Source: Candidatus Latescibacterota bacterium
GTDB lineage: Bacteria; Latescibacterota; UBA2968; UBA8231
Assembly (NCBI GenBank): GCA_965219385.1
Contig: CBDCNM010000002.1
Span: 3,916,305-3,980,304 of the forward strand
Direction of reading: 5' to 3'
Length of the DNA stretch: 64,000 nt
Under the pieces are notes generated by a model, which was not told the origin of the DNA, searched no databases, and saw nothing but the letters and a program-made list of their open reading frames with translations. Position numbers and translations under genes: made by a program. Positions within the stretch are counted from its first letter, which is position 1. Every line of letters starts with the position of its first letter. Positions 1 to 9,604 of this stretch are shown here, piece by piece.

Positions 1-390
1 TTCACGAGTCTGGTGCGCTATCCCTTCGGCTTCATCTCGCGCAATCTGCTAAACGATACAGTTATCGATTGGGGTGGGTGGATGTGGAGGGCGTATGGTG
101 GGGTGTTGATGGGGCTGCTGATGGTGGCCAAGCAGCGCCTGTTGTGGTGGCCCATCCACCCTATAAGTCTGCCGATCAGTTCGATGCACATGACGGACAA
201 AATTGTATTGAGCGTGTTCCTGGCGTGGTTGATCAAAGGCCTCATCCTGAGGTACGGGGGGCCGCGTCTCTACAATCAGGGCAAGCCGTTTTTCATCGGC
301 CTGGTGGTGGGCCAGTTTACCTCCATGGGATTCTGGGTGGTGGTGGACGCTTTTACGGGTATGACAGATAATGCGGTGTACTGGTGGTGA
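1..390 (+). CDS. C-terminal part of a polytopic membrane protein (DUF6785/DUF6784-like, OPT-related), paralog of 29526 and 31469; runs off the window start
   Basis: Frame is open from base 1. WWPIHPISLPISSM...VFLAWLIKGLILRYGG...KPFFIGL matches the C-termini of the ORFs at 29526 and 31469. Confidence 0.85.
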   Translation, partial: FTSLVRYPFGFISRNLLNDTVIDWGGWMWRAYGGVLMGLLMVAKQRLLWWPIHPISLPISSMHMTDKIVLSVFLAWLIKGLILRYGGPRLYNQGKPFFIGLVVGQFTSMGFWVVVDAFTGMTDNAVYWW

Positions 391-402
391 TGGACGCTTT
401 TC

Positions 403-490
403 TTATCCTTCGCCGGAGACCGTCTCAAAGCAGATGGCGGTGATCTCCTTGAGGCGTTTGAGATCTGCAGGCCGGTAGAGTCTGATGGTT
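403..490 (-). pseudogene. Possible remnant of a GNAT acetyltransferase N-terminus
   Basis: Minus strand reads IRLYRPADLKRLKEITAICFETVS then stops. This resembles a GNAT beta1-alpha1 start. A GGAG lies upstream but there is no ATG. Confidence 0.35.
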
Positions 491-524
491 TGCGCTATTT
501 CTCCGCAGGAGGACAAACTCCCCT

Positions 525-660
525 GTAAGCCACCTACGGCTAAAGCCGTGGGCTTTACCCTACCCGGCGGGAAGCCGGGCGAGTATTCGGGGTCGCTTAC
601 CGGACCCCCACCCCAGATGCTCTGGGGTGGGTCGAGTGGTGTGAAAAAAACACCAACGGC
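525..660 (+). ncRNA. Truncated IscB/IsrB omega-RNA (HEARO)-like scaffold / IS200-IS605 end
   Basis: GTAAGC (525-530) pairs with GCTTAC (595-600). These enclose the hairpin CCTACGGC-TAAA-GCCGTGGG and the hairpin CCCGGC/GCCGGG. An 11-bp hairpin follows (607-631), then ACACCAACGG. Confidence 0.55.
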
Positions 661-806
661 AAAGGGGCATGGTTCAAACCCAGGTAACACATTCAGCTGC
701 GGCTAAAATCGTTAATGTGCTGAAAAATAACGGCTTAAACGAAATAACAGGTTTCCAAAGTGTTACCCAGTGCTACTTTGAGCACTGAACCATGCCGATT
801 TTCTGT

Positions 807-844
807 AAAAAAAACGGTGCCACCGGCGCGCGCCGGTGGCACCG
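807..844 (-). terminator. Intrinsic terminator of paralog A
   Basis: 30-bp perfect palindrome CGGTGCCACCGGCGCGCGCCGGTGGCACCG followed by T8 on the minus strand, just after the stop at 856. Confidence 0.85.
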
Positions 845-855
845 CCAGCGACTCC

Positions 856-2896
856 CTACTTGAGGAACGTCACCTTCTTGCTCATCCGCAGATCGGGCGC
901 CTCGATCTTGTAAATGTACAAGCCGCTGGCCACCTCAGCACCGTTGGCATCCGTGCCGTCCCAGGTCACGGTGAACTCCCCGGGGCCTATCCGGTCGTTG
1001 ACCAGATCCCGCACGAACTGGCCCTGGTCGTTGTAGATCTTGACGCTAACCGGCACCTGCCAGGGCAGGGAGAAGCGGATGGTGGTCTCCGGGTTGAAGG
1101 GGTTGGGATAGGCATCGCCCAGCGCATAGGAGGAAGGCAGGGGCGCCCCTTCCAGCTCCTCCACGGCGGTCGGGATGCCCAGGCTCACCCGCTTCTGATC
1201 GTAGGGCAGGTGGGCCATATAGTGATACGAGCCATAAGGGATGAACCCATCATCATCCGCCACGGCCCAGTCATTGGATCTTTCAGCGGGGTTCCACTCG
1301 CCTATGCTGATGTAGAGACCGTCCCAATCGCTGTCGTCGTCGGTGTCGACGATAATCGTCCACTGCTGCCCGCTACTGGGGATATTCTTGGGCTGGAAGA
1401 AGAACAGACCAGAGCCATCCTCGCCCAGCATGAACCCGTAATTGACATTGTCCAGTTGGATTTGCTGGCTCGCCACCCAGCCCCACCTGGTCGTGGAGAA
1501 TGTGAGCTGGCCCCCCGGCGCGAAGGTGTGGCCGTAGATCAGATCGCCCAATTCCTCCCCTTCCACACCATCACCCAGGTTCGTCCAGGTCCAGAGCGGA
1601 TCCAGCATGTCGCCATAGCCATCGCCATTGCGGTTGATCCACTTCACCTTGCCGTCCCAGTCCAGGCGCAGGATGACCGAGGTGTGATGCGAGGAGGTGA
1701 TCAGACCGAAGGGATCCGGCTGCCCGTTGTAGAACCGGCCCGAGTACCCCGGTCCCCCCACCCGGTCGCTGCCGTTGTTGTCGTAGAGGAAGATGTCGGA
1801 TACATCCCACGTATCGAGATGTTCGCCGGTATTCGCATCCCAGACGGCGATAGTGCCCACTGTACCGTCCAGCCCGCCGGTGGTGTAGATCTTTGTTTTT
1901 TCTGGATTGAGTAAGCTGGTGTACTTGCGGTTGGGCTGGAGCTCACTGTAGTCGATGAACCCGTTCACGGCGCCGTGGTCCGCGCCCCAGTCTTCATCGG
2001 CGCTGACCGTGAGCGTCTCCGGATCGAAATTGCCCTTGAAGAGCACTGTGGGGCTATCCTGAGTAGGGCCGTGGCCGATAAAGGTACGGAGATTATCGGT
2101 GACACTGCTGCCGGTACCCAACGGATTCGCGTGCAGGACATCGAGGGGATTGGGGAAACTACCTTCTGCAAACCAGTACCCCCTGTCGCCAATATCCCCC
2201 CAATCTGCCGAAGCGTGCAGCTCCGACCGGTCGAAAAACTGGGCCGCTTGCGGGTTGTCGTGAAAGTTGTTGGTCATATCGACTTTCCACCGGAAGGGGC
2301 GTATCAGCTCCCCCCTATCCGGATCGATGACCACCTGCTGGCCAGCTCCCAGGGTTCCAGGAGCAGGCCCGACCACGTGCGCGGGCGCCTCATCGTCGAA
2401 AGCGGCCAGAAACAGATCATACGAGCCTGAGGGCACGTTATTGCCATCATTATCCTTACCATTCCAGACGATTTCGTTGTCGCCTTCGTCGAACCGCTGG
2501 CCGGCGGAATTGTAGACCAGCATGTCCACGTCGTCGAACACGTGCCAGCCAGGGGCGCCGTGCTCAGCATCCCGGTGCGGGCCTGGCCCTTCGCCCTTTA
2601 TGGTCAGGGGCGGGTGCTGATCCACAGTGTAGATGATCAGCCACACCGTGGCCCCCCCGCTCGCCGTGCCCTCGATGGTGAAGGGGATTGTCAGGTCCGA
2701 GCCGTCAAACGCATAGTCCGATATGTCTTGCAGACCCCTGATCACCACCGTCGGGGGCTCGCCGCCGCTGACCATGTCGTTAAACCCTAAATCCGGGTTG
2801 CCCACCCAGGGCCAGGGCGGCCATTGCGCGCTGGAGGTCCCCGCCAGGATCAACAAGGACGCACATGCTATTCCTAAGAATGCGAAGTAATGACAT
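856..2896 (-). pseudogene. Secreted FlgD-Ig/CTD-tailed protein, paralog A; probably inactivated (frameshift in signal peptide, IS5 in promoter)
   Basis: C-terminal YALGDAYPNPFNPETTIRFSLP...KKVTFLK. The RBS-linked ATG at 2896 (equivalent to paralog C's start) is out of frame because of an extra T at 2876-2877. The track's ATG at 2916 lacks an RBS. Confidence 0.7.
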
Positions 2897-3203
2897 AATG
2901 ATGTTTCCTCCTTCATTCATTATTATGTTAAATATTATGTTATGTTAAATATTATGGAACCTATACTGCGCTTACGGGTTCGCTTCCCTTTCAACGTAAG
3001 AAAGATTACCACCTCCTTTCCAACCATGTTCAATCCATTTCAGCTTCAATTTTTCAATTTTAGATAACGCGATGTGTAACTATAAGTGTCTGATTTTTAT
3101 AATTACGGATTGAGGTCGAAATTTGGCTAAAATAATGCTTCGTTAAACAACAAGGACTTACAGAATAAAGTCACCCATCGCGTGGATATAATCTATGTAC
3201 AAT

Positions 3204-4078
3204 CTAGGCTGTGTACGATAAAAGGTTTTTGAGCCAAATACGGATGAAAGCGAGTATGATCATCGCCTGATACCTGTCGGCGTGTTTTTCATATCGGGTG
3301 GCAATGCGTCGGTTTTCTTTGAGCCGTCCGATGAGTCGTTCCACCACATTGCGCTGCCGATATAAGTCCTTGTCGAATCCGATGGCCTCAGGGGGATACT
3401 CCCCCTGCCGATTTTTTCGATGGGCGATCACGGGCTTGGTTCGCCGTTGGCGCAGTTTCTCGCGGATGGATTGACTATCATAGGCTTTATCACCGGCCAG
3501 GGCTTCAAACCGGGTGCGCTTGGGACCGGGTTTGCCTCCAATGGCCACTGAATCGAGCAAGGCGTCTACCTGGGTGGATTCATGCTGCTGACCCGGGGTT
3601 ATGGTAACCGTGATGGGCTTGCCCGCCCCTTCACAAAGGACATGAATTTTGGTGGTATAGCCGCCACGGCTTTGCCCAAGCCCCTGTTTTTGAAGGCTTT
3701 CTTCACGGCTTATGGAAACACCATTTATGTTTTTTTTGCCCCGGCGGCTGCTTTATGCGCCCGAACGATGCTCCCATCGAGGGCGGCGAACGTAAAATCG
3801 ATCTGATCCATATGGCGCGCTTGGGCTTCTAACGCATCCAGGATCTGTTGCCATAAGCCTTTTTGTTCCCAACGACGAAACCGGTCGGCCCCCGTGCTCC
3901 AAGGGCCGTACCGGGGGGGCAAATCGCGCCAAGGCGCGCCGGTGCGTAAAATCCAGAAAATGCCGTTGAGCACTTGGCGATGACTCCGATAAGGGCAGCC
4001 CGGTTTGCCCGACCGTTCGGCAGGTAACAACGGCTTTAGCAGGGCAAATTCTTCATCGGTTAAGTCGTAGCGGGCCAT
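3204..4078 (-). CDS. IS5 transposase split into OrfA/OrfB, joined by a -1 shift at an A8 run (3730-3737)
   Basis: OrfA MARYDLTD...LRTGAPWRDLP...DGSIVRAH; OrfB LGQSRGGYTTKIH...GDKAYDS...RNVVERL...ATRYEK. Confidence 0.9.
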
Positions 4079-4160
4079 CGGTATCCCCTCCTTCGATTCA
4101 ATGGTTGAAAGAGAGTATACCACGTCCCAATACTATTTCAAGCAATTATCGTACACAGCC
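3207..4160 (-). mobile_element. IS5-family insertion sequence (IS427-like group), 954 bp
   Basis: Terminal inverted repeats GGCTGTGTACGATAA / TTATCGTACACAGCC. TA duplication at 3205-3206 and 4161-4162. The empty site is visible in the inverted copy near 7020. Confidence 0.95.
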
Positions 4161-4230
4161 TAATACACTTGTCAAGAATTATTTGGCTGTGGAGTTGCCC
4201 CGGTTTGGTGGAGTGTTTAACGCTTGGGAT

Positions 4231-5074
4231 TCAACGGGTAATTTGATAGCTCCTTTCATAGTTGATCGGAGATTGGTAAGCCAAACTCGAGTGGAGACGA
4301 TGCGGATTATACCAGCCCTCAATATACTCAAAAAGAGCACTCCGGGCCTCATCGTGCGTGTGAAAACAACACCGGTCCAGCAGTTCGCATTCCAAGGAGG
4401 CAAAAAAGCTCTCACACAGAGCATTATCAAAGCAGTCGCCCACCGAGCCGAGGGAGGGACGAATGCCGGCCTCTTGGCACCGACGTCCAAAGGAGATAGA
4501 GGTGTATTGCGTGCCATGATCCGAATGGTGAATCGCCGTCTCGGGCTGCCGCTGCCCCAGGGCCATGTCCAATGCATCCAGGACCAGTTCCACTCTCAAA
4601 TGAGCAGCCATGGCCCAGCCGATGACCCGCCGGCTGAATACGTCCAACACCACGGCCAGGTAGAGGAAACCAGCCCAAGTGGGTACACGTGATGTCGGCG
4701 ACCCACAACACGTCGGGGGCCTCGGCGCTAAAGTCACGCTGGACCAGATCCGGCGTATGAGGCGTATCGTCTCGCGTGGTGGTGTGGACCTTCTTACGCC
4801 GACTCACGTCCTGCAAGCCGGCCTCCTGCATAAGTTGCGCCACCCGCTTGCGGCCCACCCGCTGGCCTTGGGCGGCCAACGCAGCCTGGATGCGAGGGGC
4901 GCCATAGGTGCCGCGAGAGCGTCTATGAATCGCTTCGATCCGCTCTTTGAGCAAGGCATCGGCCTGGGCCCGGGCCGAGGGCAGCCGTTTACGCCAGGCA
5001 TAGTAGCCGCTGGGGGAGACGCCCAGCACGCGGCACATCGGGGCGATGGGATAGATAGCCTGGTGCGTCTTCAC
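4231..5074 (-). pseudogene. IS3 transposase OrfB (rve integrase core), frameshifted
   Basis: WVADIT is followed by a frame change near 4688 before PTWAGFLYLAVVLD...HSDHGTQY...DNALCESFF. Confidence 0.85.
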
Positions 5075-5385
5075 GAACGCGAAGAGTCTTTCGGTATCGC
5101 GTCGGTCTCCCGAGCGAACCAGGCCGTCGCTTTTGCCAGGATCTCACGTTCGAGGCGCAACTGCTTATTTTCTCGGCGCAGCTGGCGCAGCTCTTCTTGT
5201 TCGGGACTGGGCAAGCCGTCCGAACGATGGCCGTCATCGCGTTCAGCCTGATACACCCAGTTGCGGATGGTCTGGGCCGAGGGCTCGAATTCTTGGGCCA
5301 ATTCTTCCGGCGTTCGACCGGCCTGCCCCAGCTCTACAATCTGTTGCCGGAATTCCGGCGGATAGGGAGGACGTGATTTAGGCAT
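5071..5385 (-). CDS. IS3 transposase OrfA (HTH)
   Basis: YPPEFRQQIVEL...SAQTIRNWV...ELRQLRRENKQLRLEREILAKA. Confidence 0.9.
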   Translation of the reverse strand: MPKSRPPYPPEFRQQIVELGQAGRTPEELAQEFEPSAQTIRNWVYQAERDDGHRSDGLPSPEQEELRQLRRENKQLRLEREILAKATAWFARETDAIPKDSSRS

Positions 5386-5439
5386 AGTGAACTCCTTTCA
5401 CACAAGTGATAAGATGTCCACCGAACCGGGTCAAGTCCA

Positions 5440-6787
5440 ATTTTTTTTCGACCGGTCGGAGTTGCACGTTTTAGCAGATGCTGGGGATATTGGTGATGGG
5501 TCGAAGTGGTTTGCAGAAGGTCCTATCCCGAATGGTAATGCTTTTGAGGTCGAGGCCGCAACCCCGATGGGCAGTGGCGGTGTCACGGAAAGTTTCAGTG
5601 ACTTTATCGGCCACAACTACGGCGGCAAACTCTTCAGGGCCTCTTACGATCCGAATGCACTCACCGTTACCGCCAACGAGGAGTGGGGCGCGGACCACGG
5701 CGCCGTGAACGGGTTCATCGACTACGCCGAGCTCCAGGGCAACCGCAAGTACTCCAGCACAACCAACCCGGAAAAGACCAGGGTCTACACCACCGGCGGG
5801 ATGGCCGGCACCGTGGGCAACGTCATCGTCTGGGATGTGGAGACCGGCGAAAACCTCGCGACCTGGGATCAGTCGGACATCTGGCTTTTCGATAACAAGG
5901 GCAGCGACCGGGTGGGGGGACCGGGTTATGTAGGCCGGATGTACAACGGGGAGCCGGATCCCGTCGGTCTGACCATCTCCTCGCATTTCACCTCGGTCGT
6001 CATGCGCGTGGATTGGAACACCGGCGCGGTGAAATGGCTCAACCGCAATGGCGATGGCTATGGCGATAGGTTTGCTTTCGTTGATGGCAAGGTCGCCGAG
6101 GCGGTCTACGGCGCCACGGCTGCGGTGGGGAACCACCACGACCTGTCCTCGAGCAAGTGGGGCTGGGTGGCGTCCCAGAACTCCGGCGTGGACAATGTCA
6201 ATTACGGGTTCATGCTGGGCGAGGACGGCTCTGGCCTGTTCTGGATCAAGCCCAAGAATATCCCGTTTAGCTGGCCGCAGTTCACCATAATCGTGGACGC
6301 CGACGACAGCGATTGGGACGGTCTCTACATCAGCATAGGCGGCAACGATGCGGCTCTGAAAGAGACAAATGACTGGATCGTCAAGGACGCAGATGGGAAC
6401 TTCAGCCCGTACGACTTTCACTATCTGGTCCACTATCCGTACGATCAGAAGCGGGTGAGCCTGGGCATCCCGACCGCAGTGGAGGAGCTGGAAGGGGCTC
6501 CCCTGCCTTCCTCCTATGCGCTGGGCGATGCCTATCCCAACCCCTTCAACCCGGAGACCACCATCCGCTTCTCCCTGCCCTGGGAGGCGCCGGTCAAGGT
6601 CGAGATCTACAACGACCAGGGCCAGTTCGTGCGGGATCTGGTCGACGACCGGATGGGTCCCGGGGAGTTCACCGTGACCTGGGACGGCACGGATGCCACT
6701 GGGGCTGAGGTGGCCAGCGGGGTCTACCTCTACAAGATCGAAGCCCCCAATCTGCGGTTGAGCAAGAAAGTCACCCTCCTCAAGTAA
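5440..6787 (+). pseudogene. Secreted FlgD-Ig/CTD-tailed protein, paralog B; N-terminal ~210 aa lost at the IS3 junction
   Basis: Homology to paralogs A and C begins abruptly at FFDRSELH, directly after the IS3 end. No signal peptide; the C-terminal YPNPFNPETTIRF domain is intact. Confidence 0.85.
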
Positions 6788-6800
6788 GAGGTCTTTTGCA

Positions 6801-6835
6801 GTGCCCCCGGCGCGCGCCGGGGGCACCGTTTCTTT
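6801..6835 (+). terminator. Intrinsic terminator of paralog B
   Basis: GTGCCCCCGGCGCGCGCCGGGGGCAC palindrome followed by GTTTCTTT. Confidence 0.75.
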
Positions 6836-6963
6836 GAGGTCAGAGGTACGGCCTCAGGGCCTCTGCCGGCCACGGCATGATCTCCTGAACGCGGGGTTCG
6901 CGGAAACTTTGCGTTCCGTCCGGGGTTTTTTTCTTAGCATAAATTTTGTTTTATATATACTTA

Positions 6964-7036
6964 GCCTATGCAACGCCTATGCAACCAGGTGGACAGCAAA
7001 TAATTCTTGACAAGTGTATTAGATTGTACATAGATT
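6964..7036 (+). promoter_or_regulatory. Sigma70-type promoter of paralog C with an upstream 11-bp direct repeat
   Basis: TTGACA (7007-7012), 18-bp spacer, TAGATT (7031-7036). GCCTATGCAAC occurs twice in tandem at 6964-6985. Confidence 0.6.
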
Positions 7037-7116
7037 ATATCCACGCGATGGGTGACTTTATTCTGTAAGTCCATGTTTTTTAACGAAGCATTATTTTAGC
7101 CAAATTTCGACCTCAA

Positions 7117-7320
7117 CTGTCATTTCGCTAGTTTTTATGGCCCAAATCGAATTATTTTCCACGAAATCGGTGGTATTTTAGCCAAATCGGCCAAAATCCA
7201 TCCCCGAAAGGCGTTATGGACGTTAAGCAAGGTCAGTGCCGAGGATTGGACTCCACCTATCTTTCAGCACTCCATTTATGGACCACAATATATTGTATGA
7301 CAGAACTAGCGAAATGACAG
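7117..7320. mobile_element. 204-bp MITE
   Basis: Perfect 17-bp terminal inverted repeat CTGTCATTTCGCTAGTT. CTCAA is duplicated (7112-7116, 7321-7325). Absent from the homologous leader at ~3110. Confidence 0.93.
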
Positions 7321-7538
7321 CTCAATCCGTAAATATAAAAATCAGACACTTATAGTTACACATCGCGTTATCTAAAATTGAAAAATTGAAGTTGAAATGG
7401 CTTGAGCATGGTTGGAAAGGAGGTGGTAATCTTTCTTAGCGTTTAAAGGGAAGCGAACCCGTAAGCGCAGTATAGGTTCCATAATATTTAACATAATCAT
7501 ACATATTTAACATAATTAATGAAGGAGGAAACATCATT

Positions 7539-9527
7539 ATGTCATTACTTCGCATTCTAGGAATAGCATGTGCGTCCTTGTTGATCCTGGCGGGGATTTC
7601 CAGCGCGCAAACTTATGTAGGCGACCCGAGTTTAGGGTTTAACGACATGAACAGCGGCGGCCAGCCCCCGACGGTGGCGATCAGCGGCCTGCAATCCATC
7701 TCGGATTATGGGTTCGATGGCTCGGACCTGACCATCCCCTTCACCCTTGAAGGCACGGCCAGCGGCGGGGCCACGGTATGGCTGATCATCTACACCGCGG
7801 GTCAGCACCCGCCGTTGACCATAACCGGCGAAGGGCCGGGCCCGCACCGGGATTCCGCCCACAGCGACCCGGGCTGGCACGTGTTCCAGGACGTGGACAT
7901 GCTGGTCTACAATTCCGCCGGCCGGCGGTTCGATGAGGGCGACAACGAAATCGTCTGGAATGGCCAGGACAACGATGGCAATGTCGTGCCCAACGGCTCC
8001 TACGATCTGTTCCTGGCCGTCTTCGACGACGAGGCGCCGGCGCACATAGTCGGGTATGCCGATGGAAAGCTGGGATCGGGTCAGATATACATCATTGATC
8101 CGGACGCGGGCACCGTCACGCGCCCCTTCAATTGGGTCGTTGATATGACCAACAACTTCCACGATAACCCGCAGGCGGCCCAGTTTATCGACCGGCAACC
8201 GGTGCACGATGCGGCCCCCGATGCCGGGGATGTCGGCAGCTCTGGGTTCTGGTACGCAGAAAGTCAACCGTGGCCCTGGTACATAGAGAACATGACCCCG
8301 TTGGGCACCAGCAACGATGTCACCGAAAATCTCCGCAGCTTTGTCGCCAACGGCCCCGGTCAGGGCGGCGGCAAACTCTTCAGGGGCTTTTACGATCCGG
8401 CTACCCTCACGGTCACCCCGGATGAAGACTGGGGCGCGGACCACGGCGCCGTGAACGGGTTCATCGACTACAATGAACTCCAGCCCGTGCGCAAGTACAC
8501 CTGTATAACCAATCCGGAAAAGACCAAGATCTACACCACCTCCGGGATGGACGCCACGGTGGGCACCATCGTCGTCTGGGATCTGGAAACCGGTGAACGT
8601 CTCGATACCTGGGATGTTTCCGACATCTTCCTCTACGACAACAACGGCAGCGACCGGGTGGGCGGACCGGCGTACGCGAACCGGTTTTACAACGGGGATC
8701 CGGATCCTTTCGGCCTGACCACCTCCTCGCACCACACCTCGATCATCCTGCGCCAGGACTGGGACACCGGCGAGATAAAGTACATCCAGCGCAACGGCGA
8801 TACCTATGGCGATATGATCGATCCGGCTGAGGGGGGCGACAGCATCTACGGCCACACCTCTGGGCACGGGGGCAAGTACGGCCTGGACGCGACCCGCTGG
8901 GGCTGGACCGCGATCACCCAGTCCTCGATAGACAATGTCAATTACGGGGCCATGCTGGGCGAGGACGGCTCTGGCCTGTTCTTCTTTCAGCCCAAGAACA
9001 TCCCGAGTTCCTACCCGCAGTACACCATCATCGTCGACACCGACGACGACGGCCCCTGGGACGGCATATATATCAGCGTAGGCGAGTCAGACCCCGCTGA
9101 AAGATCGAATGACTGGGCCATACCGAACGATGATGATTTCATCAGTTATTACTGGTATCACTACCTGGTCCATCTGCCCTACGATCAGAAGCGGGTGAGC
9201 CTGGGCGTGCCGACCGCGGTGGAGGAGTTGGAAGGGGCGCCCTTGCCTTCTTCTTACGCGTTGGGGGATGCCTATCCCAACCCGTTCAACCCCGAGACCA
9301 CCATCCGCTTCTCCCTGCCCTGGGAGGCGCCGGTTAGCGTCAAGATCTACAACGACCAGGGCCAGTTTGTGCGGGATCTGGTCAGCGGCCATATGGGCCC
9401 CGGGGAGTTCACCGTAACCTGGGACGGCAAGGATGCCAACGGAGCTGAGGTGGCCAGCGGCGTCTACGTCTACAAGATTGAGAGTACCAGTCTGAAGTTG
9501 AGCAAGAAGGTCACCTTCCTCAAGTAG
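7539..9527 (+). CDS. Secreted protein with N-terminal FlgD-like Ig, variable central domain and C-terminal FlgD-Ig/T9SS-CTD-like domain, paralog C (intact)
   Basis: AAGGAGG RBS; signal peptide MSLLRILGIACASLLILAGISSA/Q; WNGQDNDGNVVPNGSY; C-terminal YPNPFNPETTIRFSLP...WDGKD..G.EVASGVYVY. Confidence 0.9.
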   Translation: MSLLRILGIACASLLILAGISSAQTYVGDPSLGFNDMNSGGQPPTVAISGLQSISDYGFDGSDLTIPFTLEGTASGGATVWLIIYTAGQHPPLTITGEGPGPHRDSAHSDPGWHVFQDVDMLVYNSAGRRFDEGDNEIVWNGQDNDGNVVPNGSYDLFLAVFDDEAPAHIVGYADGKLGSGQIYIIDPDAGTVTRPFNWVVDMTNNFHDNPQAAQFIDRQPVHDAAPDAGDVGSSGFWYAESQPWPWYIENMTPLGTSNDVTENLRSFVANGPGQGGGKLFRGFYDPATLTVTPDEDWGADHGAVNGFIDYNELQPVRKYTCITNPEKTKIYTTSGMDATVGTIVVWDLETGERLDTWDVSDIFLYDNNGSDRVGGPAYANRFYNGDPDPFGLTTSSHHTSIILRQDWDTGEIKYIQRNGDTYGDMIDPAEGGDSIYGHTSGHGGKYGLDATRWGWTAITQSSIDNVNYGAMLGEDGSGLFFFQPKNIPSSYPQYTIIVDTDDDGPWDGIYISVGESDPAERSNDWAIPNDDDFISYYWYHYLVHLPYDQKRVSLGVPTAVEELEGAPLPSSYALGDAYPNPFNPETTIRFSLPWEAPVSVKIYNDQGQFVRDLVSGHMGPGEFTVTWDGKDANGAEVASGVYVYKIESTSLKLSKKVTFLK

Positions 9528-9539
9528 GAGGTTTTTTGC

Positions 9540-9579
9540 GGTGCCACCGGTTTGTACCGGTGGCACCTTTTTTATTTTC
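9540..9579 (+). terminator. Intrinsic terminator of paralog C
   Basis: GGTGCCACCGGT-TTGT-ACCGGTGGCACC followed by TTTTTTATTTT. Confidence 0.85.
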
Positions 9580-9604
9580 CCAAGACAATAGAGGTTTTGC
9601 CAAG

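Larger units (their letters stand above)
4190..5439 (-). mobile_element. IS3-family insertion sequence, ~1250 bp, no target duplication
   Basis: TG...CA ends with imperfect inverted repeats TGGAGTTGCCCCGGTTTGGTGGA / TCCACCGAACCGGGTCAAGTCCA. Contains orfA and orfB. Confidence 0.92.

Noticed and set aside
5387..5439. ORF-track start of paralog B
   Set aside because: It lies inside the IS3 end and provides no signal peptide; it is a chance in-frame extension.
856..9527. Diversity-generating retroelement acting on the paralogs
   Set aside because: No reverse transcriptase in the window, and the differences include indels and are not adenine-specific.
9536..9604. ORF-track start of the discoidin gene
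   Set aside because: It overlaps the terminator hairpin; the GTG at 9605 after GAGG gives a normal signal peptide.
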